NCBI GenBank assembly: GCA_963662665.2 | Contig: CAXXJS010000050.1 | Location: forward strand, 1 to 64,000 | Length of the DNA stretch: 64,000 nucleotides | Direction: 5' to 3' | DNA from: Candidatus Latescibacterota bacterium | GTDB lineage: Bacteria; Latescibacterota; UBA2968; GCA-2709665 | In this document: piece by piece, positions 56,492-64,000 of the stretch | How the letters are laid out: every line of letters starts with the position of its first letter | Position numbering within the stretch: the stretch's first letter is position 1 | Made by a program: the position numbers and the translations under genes | The notes under the pieces: generated by a model | The model's database searches: none | The model's input: only the letters and a program-made list of their open reading frames with translations | What the model was told of the DNA's origin: nothing

Positions 56492-57247
56492 GTGCGCCGT
56501 GAAAAGGCGCGGAACTTCAGTGGGTGAGAGTCCCACCCGACAGATGTTGCCACAGTCGGAAGCAATCGGAGCGGAGACGTAGGTAACGACATCTCCGAAG
56601 CCTCCGGTGTAGAGGGTCGCCAGGCGACTCGGCGAGTATGTGGGCTGAAACGTGAGTAAACGCTGAGCAGGCCTCGAAAAGGGTAATGCGGGAGCCGACC
56701 CGGCTTGCGAACGGGGAAGGCCGCCGTCGTTGGGGAAGCAGGCAACGAGAGCACCCAACGGTCCCGCCGGGGTAATGGCGGAGGCACGCATACAAGGAGA
56801 TCCGACGCAACACGGGAAGCCCCAGCGGTGGTGGAGAGCCACCAACCGGAAGCCCGTGAGGGCCAGGCCGGGCCGTATGGGGTGGCGGACAGGCTCGTAG
56901 TACCTGTGATGCCGGGTAACGCCGGCGGAGGAAAGGGGCCTGACTTCGGATGTGCTTGTGAAGGGGACAACTGTCGGGAGAGTGGCGCAAGCCTATAACC
57001 TCCTCCAGAATAAGACGAGGCGACTCCAGATCAAGCTAAGGTTTCAGGTGAAGCTGTCCGGGCAGATCGGGCAGTGTGTACCTGAAGGCGATGTCCGTCG
57101 GAGAGCCGGATGCGGTAACTCCGCACGTCCGGTTCGACGAGCGGGATGTGGAAACGGAGCAGGGAGGGGCTATTGAGGCACCGCCAGACGAAAGGGGCGG
57201 GAACAGACAGGCCACTCCTAAACCACCGCGCCACATCTCGACTCTAC
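56492..57247 (+). mobile_element. Group II intron RNA lacking a reverse-transcriptase ORF
   Basis: 5' GTGCG; DV GAGCCGGATGCGG..CCGCACGTCCGGTTC (57103-57135); DVI with bulged A ending CTCGACTCTAC; EBS1 TTGCGAA matches the 5' exon TTCGCAA. Confidence 0.92.
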
Positions 57248-57454
57248 TTCTTCGGGGAAGTAAAACCGAATATTTGCAAGTAGATAAAGGCGATTTAACT
57301 TCTGATTACCAGGATACACCAGGTCACTGGACGTGGACTGAAAAAACGTCCTTTTTGACGACCGTTACGGCCAGCTTCAAGGGTTTTCGTCGCGTTGCCG
57401 AGTTGCTGTTTTTTTCACATTGAGGCTAATGCCTGCCTGTGCGTCACTCGATCC

Positions 57455-57619
57455 TGACAGCCCGTTGAAAAAGTCCATCCGGTCTGCGTCCGGCCCTTGC
57501 GGCCGAATGACTGAGTTGCGCCCCCTCCCCGAATCCCCGATTCGACGCGGTCGCGCGCCTTGTCTTCGGCCACAATGACTCGGCCTCGCCTGCAGAGCGA
57601 CTCTTTCAACGGACTGCTA
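57455..57619 (+). mobile_element. Complete ~165-bp MITE
   Basis: TGACAGCCCGTTGAAAAAGTC...GACTCTTTCAACGGACTGCTA terminal inverted repeats; no ORF. Confidence 0.8.
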
Positions 57620-57713
57620 AGTGAAACCTGCCGGCAAACCCACTTTTCGCCCCGGAACCCGTCCTTTGAAAGCGCAGCCTGCCGTAGTCTGCCTCTCTTT
57701 GCTGTGCGCCGGT

Positions 57714-58550
57714 TTATATCACCAGCGCGACCGCCAGAATGGCCAGCGCCACCCCGGCCGCGGCGACCCGATTGAGGCGTTCCTTCCAGAAGAAATGGGC
57801 GGACAGGTTGTCGAGCAGGATCACACTGCAACCCGTTGCAGGAAAAAAGAGAGTGCCCGGCAGCCGACTGAGGGCAGTCAAAATGACGGACAGCGCCAGG
57901 GCGTTGTACGTGCCCAGGCCGATACCCGTTGCGAGTTCGTGCCGCCGGGGGCAACGCATTTTTCCCGCAACGAAGATATAGCCAATGGTACCCGCGGTGG
58001 CGCCCATTACCACCAGGACCTGGATGAATTCCCCGTCGAGTCCGGCATAGTGGACCGAACGCAGGCAGGAGTGACTCAGTCCCTGCGCAAGAAAAACCGC
58101 GAACAACAGGCCGAAGGTGTTGCCTCCCGTCGCGCGGACACTTCCCCTCGCGCCCGAGGTCATCATCACCAGCGCGGGAAAGGCAAGGATGATTCCACCA
58201 AATTGTGAGAGTACGACCGGTTCCCGCCAGAGCCAGATTCCCAGGGCAACGGGCACCGCAATGGACATGCGAAACGCCGTCAGCACGGCCCCGACCGATG
58301 CGATTTCCAGGACTCGCATCATCAACGACATCGAACCGATGAATACGGCGCCCGTCATCAGGCCGGTTTGCACCGCCGCGGCGGAGAAGGTAAACCGACC
58401 CGTTGACAGGAGATAGACGGAAAGGACAGCGCAGAGCACCAGATAGTTCGTAGAGACGACAACGGGCGCGTAATAGCCGCGTCGCTGGGAGAATTTGCAA
58501 ATCTGGACGAATCCGAAATCGAGTAGAATTGCGAATATCAACCAGGACAC
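57714..58550 (-). CDS. EamA/DMT family transporter
   Basis: ~10 TM helices in two repeats ending WLWREP and FFWKERL; GTG 58550 start. Confidence 0.82.
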   Translation of the reverse strand: MSWLIFAILLDFGFVQICKFSQRRGYYAPVVVSTNYLVLCAVLSVYLLSTGRFTFSAAAVQTGLMTGAVFIGSMSLMMRVLEIASVGAVLTAFRMSIAVPVALGIWLWREPVVLSQFGGIILAFPALVMMTSGARGSVRATGGNTFGLLFAVFLAQGLSHSCLRSVHYAGLDGEFIQVLVVMGATAGTIGYIFVAGKMRCPRRHELATGIGLGTYNALALSVILTALSRLPGTLFFPATGCSVILLDNLSAHFFWKERLNRVAAAGVALAILAVALVI

Positions 58551-58671
58551 TGAAGGCGCCTCATCCGTCCGTTTCGGCCGATCACATTGGGCCTGTACAG
58601 AAATTTCGCGTTTGAGGAATACTGCGCGTGTGAAGGGAATGCCCCTTGCGGCAGCGCCACGGGAAAGGGCA

Positions 58672-59445
58672 TTATTCTGCCCATGCCTCCCGGATCCACG
58701 GCAGGGCCGCCCGCAATGGCGCAACAAACAATTGTGTCTCGTAATGTGTCAGATTCTGGACGACGATCAGCTCAATCTGCACGTCCCCTTCTTTCAGCGT
58801 CCGCACGGTCGTTTCGACCGGTTCGAACGGAACCACCTCATCGACAACGCTGTGGATCACCAGCAGCGGAACCTGCCAATCGACCTCGGCCACATTCTCC
58901 TCCGGTCTCGCCGATATGGGAATAGCCGCCCGGAACAGATTCGGGTGTCGCGCCGCCATATACCAGGCGCCCCGACCGCCCATGCTGAAACCCGTTACAA
59001 GCGTCCTTTTTTCGTCGATCGCGTAGTTGGCCTTAATTGCCACGATCAGATCCAGCAATTGCTTCTCGCTCTCCGCGTTGTCCCAGCCCTGCGCCGTTGC
59101 TTCGGGCGCCAGGATAATCGCCCCCAGGTCTTCGAGGGCCGGCTGAACCAGGACCTCCAGCATAGAGCGACCGTAATAGGGCACAACCACACCGCCGTAA
59201 TGCAGCGATAGAATCAGTGGCGTGGGTTGTCCGGCGTTGTATCCGGACGGGATGAGAACGGTGTACCGCTGGCCTCCGGGCGAGAGGACTCTGTTATGTA
59301 TGCCGGGTGCCTGTGGCATGCCGGCCTCTCCGGACCCGGCCGGCTCGTCGGAACCGCAGGCTGCCACCACGGCAGCAAGCACTCCTGCCAGCAACCAATG
59401 GCCGGCGGGCGATTTTTTCCTTAACTCCTGGCGTGAGTTTATCAT
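58672..59445 (-). CDS. Alpha/beta-hydrolase lipoprotein (esterase/peptidase)
   Basis: Lipobox VAAC, LSLHYGG, GFSMGG, D..V, H. Confidence 0.85.
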   Translation of the reverse strand: MINSRQELRKKSPAGHWLLAGVLAAVVAACGSDEPAGSGEAGMPQAPGIHNRVLSPGGQRYTVLIPSGYNAGQPTPLILSLHYGGVVVPYYGRSMLEVLVQPALEDLGAIILAPEATAQGWDNAESEKQLLDLIVAIKANYAIDEKRTLVTGFSMGGRGAWYMAARHPNLFRAAIPISARPEENVAEVDWQVPLLVIHSVVDEVVPFEPVETTVRTLKEGDVQIELIVVQNLTHYETQLFVAPLRAALPWIREAWAE

Positions 59446-59539
59446 ATCTTCCTCGTTGGCGTCTCCGGGCACGATCCCGATCTGACTGAATATACGGTAT
59501 CAGCGACGCACAACAAAACAGGTTAATTAAGGACGTTTC

Positions 59540-61162
59540 ATGACAGGCGCCGACATTCTGATTCAAAACCTCAAGGCCCAGAACGTCCGCTGTATCGTGG
59601 GCATGCCGGGGAACCAGAACATCGACATTTACGACGCTCTCTTGCGGGCCGGCGGGATAGACCACTATCTGATCAGAAACGAACAGGGCGCAACGCTTGT
59701 CGCCAACGGATATGCCCGCGCGTCGGGCGACGTGGGGGTTGCGCTCACCGTTCCCGGCCCCGGCGCCACCAATGCTTCCACGGGGATCGTAGACGCCCAC
59801 ACGGACTGCGTTCCCGTCCTGCTGATCACCGGCGGCACCGAAGTGGCGTTTAACGGACGGGACCGGAGCAAGTGCTTTCACGGCCTGGACCAGGCCGCTT
59901 TCTTCGCGCCGATCACCCGCTTCTTCGCCCGCCCGGAACGCCTCGACGACATCCCCGAAGCCGTTACGGGCGCCTTCTCCGCTCTGCGCGCGCCCAGACC
60001 GGGGCCGGCGGTGATCGAACTGCCCGTGGACGTTGCCGCCGCGGAAGGCCAGGCCGGCATCGCCGAATACGTTAAAGGGATGCGGCCCCCGCCCAACCCG
60101 GCCGACCTCCGTCGCGTCGCCGAAGCGATCGCCCGCATGGAACGGCCGGCCATCCTCACTGGCGGCAATACGGCCGATGCGAACGCGGCCGGTGAACTTC
60201 GGGCATTTTCCGAAGCTCTCAATGCCCCCGTACTCTTCAGCCGGCTCGGCAAGGGCGCCTTTCCCGATTCCCATCCGCTGTCCGCCGGCCACTGCCGCGC
60301 CGGGCTGGCTCAACGCGTCCTTCAACAGGCCGACGGGCTGATTGCCGTGGGCTGCCGATTCACACAGATCGACACCTCCGGATGGACCATGGAACTGCCG
60401 TCCGCGCGCGTGCAACTCGATCCCGACCCGGCCGAACTGGGCCGTGAAATCCCCACAGACGCGGGCGCTGCAGGGGACCTGAAGCAGATGCTGCCCACGC
60501 TCCTGGATGCGTTGAACGTGACGGGAAGACCGGCCAATAACTGGATCGAAATGCTGCATCGATCACGGCGCGAGATCGCCCGTTCCCGCAGGCCGTTGCC
60601 GATCATGTCGGCAATGAGAGACAGTCTGGAACCGGACGCGATCGTGTCCGTGGACGTGACCTCCATCGGCTACAGGTCATTCGACGAATTCCCCGTGGAT
60701 CATCCGCGTTGCTTTATGTACCCCTGCCATTCGGTCACGCTGGGTTTCGCGGCGCCGGCCGCGATAGGCGCGAAACTCGCACAGCCGCACCGGCAGGTGG
60801 CCGCGTTCTGCGGCGACGGCGGATTTCAGATGACCGCGTTCGAACTGGCTACCGCCGCCGAACATGGTATTGAAATCATCTGTGTGGTCATCAACGACGG
60901 CAGCCTGAGCGCGATCAGGGGCGCCCAAGCCAAGGCTTTCAACGGCCGGATCATCGACACGGACATGCAAACGCCCAGAATCGCCGATCTCGCCCGATCC
61001 ATGGGCGCCCGGGGCATCCGCGTGGATGAACCCGATCGCTTCCCCGCCGTTTTCGCCGACGTGATCGGTCTTGAAGGTCCTACCGTTATCGAAGTCGTGA
61101 TGCAGGAACAGCGCGATAGCCTCATCCGGCAGGTGCCGTGGTTGTATCCGGACCAGACGTAG
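59540..61162 (+). CDS. Thiamine pyrophosphate-binding protein (acetolactate synthase-like)
   Basis: RNEQGA, PGPGATN, GDGGF...NDG. Confidence 0.92.
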   Translation: MTGADILIQNLKAQNVRCIVGMPGNQNIDIYDALLRAGGIDHYLIRNEQGATLVANGYARASGDVGVALTVPGPGATNASTGIVDAHTDCVPVLLITGGTEVAFNGRDRSKCFHGLDQAAFFAPITRFFARPERLDDIPEAVTGAFSALRAPRPGPAVIELPVDVAAAEGQAGIAEYVKGMRPPPNPADLRRVAEAIARMERPAILTGGNTADANAAGELRAFSEALNAPVLFSRLGKGAFPDSHPLSAGHCRAGLAQRVLQQADGLIAVGCRFTQIDTSGWTMELPSARVQLDPDPAELGREIPTDAGAAGDLKQMLPTLLDALNVTGRPANNWIEMLHRSRREIARSRRPLPIMSAMRDSLEPDAIVSVDVTSIGYRSFDEFPVDHPRCFMYPCHSVTLGFAAPAAIGAKLAQPHRQVAAFCGDGGFQMTAFELATAAEHGIEIICVVINDGSLSAIRGAQAKAFNGRIIDTDMQTPRIADLARSMGARGIRVDEPDRFPAVFADVIGLEGPTVIEVVMQEQRDSLIRQVPWLYPDQT

Positions 61163-61191
61163 CGATCCTGATTGCGAGAAAGCGAGGCCCG

Positions 61192-62325
61192 ATGAAAATT
61201 ACAGAGGTTAAAACCTTTCCGGTCTTCTACGGTACACGAAACTACCTTTTCGTCAAGATTGAAACCGATGAGGGTATCTACGGCGTAGGTGAATTCGGGA
61301 TCACTTGGAAGGAGCAGGCCGGCGTTGGCGCCATACGGCACATGGCCTCCGACCTCGTGGGCCGCGACCCACTTAACATAGAACAGATATGGCAGGTCCT
61401 GTTCAGAGGCGATTTCTTCCCGGGCGGGCGCATTCATATGGCCGCGCAGAGCGCAATCGACGTCGCCCTGTGGGACATCAAGGGTAAAGCCCTGGACCAG
61501 CCCGTCTACATGCTGTTGGGGGGCAGACTCCGCGATCGTGTGGTCTGTTATACCGGTATTGGAGGCGGGACGCCCGATGAGTCGGCCCGATCCGCGAAGG
61601 AACGTGTCTCCGAAGGATGGAAATACCTCCGCATGTCGGTCCTCGATCGTGACGGCATCCTTGAACCCTCAACGGCCGTGCGGGATTCGGTAACGCATTT
61701 CGCCGCTGTTCGCGAAGCCGTCGGCCCGGAAGTCGAAATCTGCATCGACGTCCATACCCGGCTGGACCCGCCCGACACCATCCGCCTGGGCCGCAAACTG
61801 GAACCGTACGATCCGTTTTTTATCGAGGATCCTCTGCGATGTGAAAACGCGCAGACCTACCGGCTTGTCCGCAGCCACGTGAACTGTCCGCTTGCCGTGG
61901 GGGAACACTACGCCAACAAGTGGGAATTCCGCCAGCTCATCGAGGAAGAACTGGCCGACTACGCGCGCATCGACCTCTGTATTGTCGGCGGTCTCACCGA
62001 GGCTCGAAAGGTGGCGAACTGGTGCGAGACCCACTACATCAAGATCGTTCCCCACAATCCGCTCGGGCCGGTTTCGGCGGCCGCGTGTCTTCATCTGGAC
62101 GTTGCCACGGACAACTTTGCCGTGCAGGAAGGCGGTCTGGTTGGCCGCACCGTGATGGAGGACCTGTTCCCCGTTCAGGTGCCGTACGAATCCGGTTACC
62201 TGCTGGCGCCGGACCGCCCCGGGCTCGGGGTTGAATTCGACGAAGCCGCGGCCGGAAAATATCCGTTCCGGTGGGGGCACGGTCCGCGCCTTCAGCGGGA
62301 AGACGGGTCGTTCACGAACTGGTAA
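61192..62325 (+). CDS. Mandelate racemase/muconate lactonizing enzyme family (sugar-acid dehydratase-like)
   Basis: VKIETDEG, ALWDIKGK, DVH/EDP/GE, PHNPLGP. Confidence 0.92.
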   Translation: MKITEVKTFPVFYGTRNYLFVKIETDEGIYGVGEFGITWKEQAGVGAIRHMASDLVGRDPLNIEQIWQVLFRGDFFPGGRIHMAAQSAIDVALWDIKGKALDQPVYMLLGGRLRDRVVCYTGIGGGTPDESARSAKERVSEGWKYLRMSVLDRDGILEPSTAVRDSVTHFAAVREAVGPEVEICIDVHTRLDPPDTIRLGRKLEPYDPFFIEDPLRCENAQTYRLVRSHVNCPLAVGEHYANKWEFRQLIEEELADYARIDLCIVGGLTEARKVANWCETHYIKIVPHNPLGPVSAAACLHLDVATDNFAVQEGGLVGRTVMEDLFPVQVPYESGYLLAPDRPGLGVEFDEAAAGKYPFRWGHGPRLQREDGSFTNW

Positions 62326-62553
62326 GCACGCGAATCGAAGCAGGCCGTACGGGGGAGGGGGAATGAGACATGGAGGAGACACCCGACTGAAGGGTCGATC
62401 GAAGACATTGCGAAATCGTTCGGGAATCGTCACCTGATCGCCACGACGACGAAACACCCGGGCATTACCATTATAGCGACCATAGAGTCACTCCTCCCAT
62501 GGAAAGCGCCGTGACAGACCCGCCGCCGCTCCCCATATTTACCTGGGATAGCT

Positions 62554-62596
62554 AAAAAAGAAGGGTTACGCCATTATAGCGTAACCCTCTGTTTTT
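62554..62596 (-). terminator. Intrinsic terminator after tRNA-Leu (bidirectional)
   Basis: AAAAAAGAAGGGTTACGC-CATTATA-GCGTAACCCTCTGTTTTT. Confidence 0.8.
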
Positions 62597-62683
62597 TGGT
62601 GCCGAAGCCGAGACTCGAACTCGGACGGGCATGCGCCCACTGCGCCCTCAACACAGCGTGTCTACCATTTCCACCACTTCGGC
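62597..62683 (-). tRNA. tRNA-Leu(GAG)
   Basis: GCCGAAG acceptor stem, anticodon arm CTGTG-TTGAGGG-CGCAG, long variable arm, 3' CCA. Confidence 0.96.
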
Positions 62684-62700
62684 ATCAAAGAACCGACCCT

Positions 62701-63108
62701 CTACCGCACCGTATCTGCCGGCGAAGTTACCGGCGAGGTGCTTTCGGTAGACGTTCCCTGTCCGGTCTGATCCAGCGGCTGAGGCAGACCTCCGGGAATG
62801 CGCTGAAGCGGCACGGGCTGGTCCCGGAGCGCTCGCTCGGCCGCGGTTTCAGGCGCCGTACTGTCACCCCTGGACGTATACCAGAGGCCGATACAGGTAA
62901 GAAAAAATGCCACCGCAAGAACTGTGGTCATCTTGCTGAGAAACGTCGCGGCGCCGGCCCCCCCGAACATCGCGGTGCCGCCGCCGCCGCCGCCAAATGC
63001 TGTGGACAACCCACCCCCCTTGCTGGCCTGCAAGAGAATGGATACGATCAGAACCAGGCAAATCAGAACGTGTACAATCAGAAGAAGCGTTGCCATATAG
63101 AATCTCAA
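62701..63108 (-). CDS. secG: Preprotein translocase subunit SecG
   Basis: HVLICLVLIVSILLQASKGGGLSTAFGG...FLSKMT; tpiA-secG-tRNA-Leu synteny. Confidence 0.93.
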   Translation of the reverse strand: MRFYMATLLLIVHVLICLVLIVSILLQASKGGGLSTAFGGGGGGTAMFGGAGAATFLSKMTTVLAVAFFLTCIGLWYTSRGDSTAPETAAERALRDQPVPLQRIPGGLPQPLDQTGQGTSTESTSPVTSPADTVR

Positions 63109-63875
63109 TCCGAAACAGGATAATTAGCCGCTCTTACAATGGACGCGAACGTATCGGGCTCAAGCGAAGCCCCGCCGATCAATCCGCCGTCGATGTCGGG
63201 CCGGGAAAACAGATCGGCGGCATTTTCCGGCTTGACGGATCCCCCGTACTGGATGCGTACCGCCCGCGAGACGGTGTCGTTGAAAAGACCCCGCAGTACC
63301 CGGCGGATTGACGTATGCACGGATTCGGCCTGTTCGGGTGTTGCCGTCAGCCCCGTGCCGATGGCCCACACGGGTTCGTAGGCGACCACGCACCCGGCCG
63401 CCTCCGATGCGGGTACATTACCGAACGCCGCTGTTACCTGTCTCCGCACAACCCGTTCCGTGGACCCGGAACGGCGCTCGTCGATGGTTTCACCGACACA
63501 GACGATCGGTTTCAGCCGGACGCCGAGGGCGGCCCTAAGCCGCTGATTTACAGTTGTATCCGTTTCGCCGAAGTAAGTGCGTCGTTCAGAGTGTCCTAAT
63601 ATAACGTACTCACATCCGCATGTCAACAGCATCCCCGCCGATATCTCTCCTGTAAACGCCCCTTCGTTCTCCCAGTGCAGATTCTGCGCGCCCAACTTCA
63701 CGGAACTGCCCGCCAGTTTTTTACGTACGCGTTCCAGAACCGTAAAGACGGGACACACCACGACCTCCACCCTTGCGATGCCGTCCACAGCATCCACAAT
63801 CCCGCGCGCAAGGTCCTCCGCTTCTCCCGACGCCTTGTGCATCTTCCAGTTTCCCGCCACGACTGGCACTCGCAT
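63105..63875 (-). CDS. tpiA: Triosephosphate isomerase
   Basis: AGNWKMH, GHSERR, AYEPVWAIGTG, YGGSVK. Confidence 0.98.
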   Translation of the reverse strand: MRVPVVAGNWKMHKASGEAEDLARGIVDAVDGIARVEVVVCPVFTVLERVRKKLAGSSVKLGAQNLHWENEGAFTGEISAGMLLTCGCEYVILGHSERRTYFGETDTTVNQRLRAALGVRLKPIVCVGETIDERRSGSTERVVRRQVTAAFGNVPASEAAGCVVAYEPVWAIGTGLTATPEQAESVHTSIRRVLRGLFNDTVSRAVRIQYGGSVKPENAADLFSRPDIDGGLIGGASLEPDTFASIVRAANYPVSD

Positions 63876-63915
63876 CACCATCTCCACACGAAATGACGCA
63901 CTCAAACCGGTTGAT

Positions 63916-64000
63916 TCACGACTGACGCTCCGACAATGCAGCTACGCCCGGCAGCTCTTTGCCTTCCAGGTATTTCAGGAACGCCCCGCCGCCCGTGGAA
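63916..64000 (-). CDS. pgk: Phosphoglycerate kinase, 3' end (partial)
   Basis: Manual translation STGGGAFLKYLEGKELPGVAALSERQS*; lies upstream of tpiA. Confidence 0.88.
   Translation of the reverse strand, partial: STGGGAFLKYLEGKELPGVAALSERQS

Noticed and set aside
56371-57423. ORFs across the group II intron as a possible RT/maturase
   Set aside because: No RT motifs (no YADD); only a short N-terminal vestige remains in DIV.

Overview
GC-rich bacterial chromosomal segment. The EF-hand/dockerin-like secreted protein, PhyH, paired enolase-superfamily enzymes and the repeat-rich intergenic DNA resemble Latescibacterota-like genomes, but this is inference only. Positions 1-14 kb are accessory: two PIN toxin-antitoxin pairs, NUDIX, methyltransferase, SPFH, MBL, AraC/VOC, an extended ECF sigma factor, and vanX-like and SRPBCC gene remnants, ending at tRNA-Glu. 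A core block follows (tRNA-Val, Zn-ribbon protein, rnhA, rnpB, pyrF), then metabolic genes, a COG3014/LpoB-like lipoprotein operon, BlaI/BlaR1-DUF4837/TonB, a TetR-RND efflux operon, an aquaporin, and pgk(partial)-tpiA-secG-tRNA-Leu. The most notable signals are non-coding. (1) A ~124-bp non-autonomous inverted-repeat element (MITE), with relatives at four other sites in the window, sits inside helix P3 of the RNase P RNA. (2) A 756-nt ORF-less group II intron has intact DV/DVI and a perfect 7-nt EBS1-IBS1 match to its insertion site. (3) Small palindromic elements are nested inside one another, and a duplicated hairpin unit occurs at the window start. A stand-alone 68-aa 'LKSLGYL' protein beside a sulfotransferase is also worth study. 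No CRISPR array, rRNA or transposase gene was seen. All family calls come from motif recognition, not database searches.
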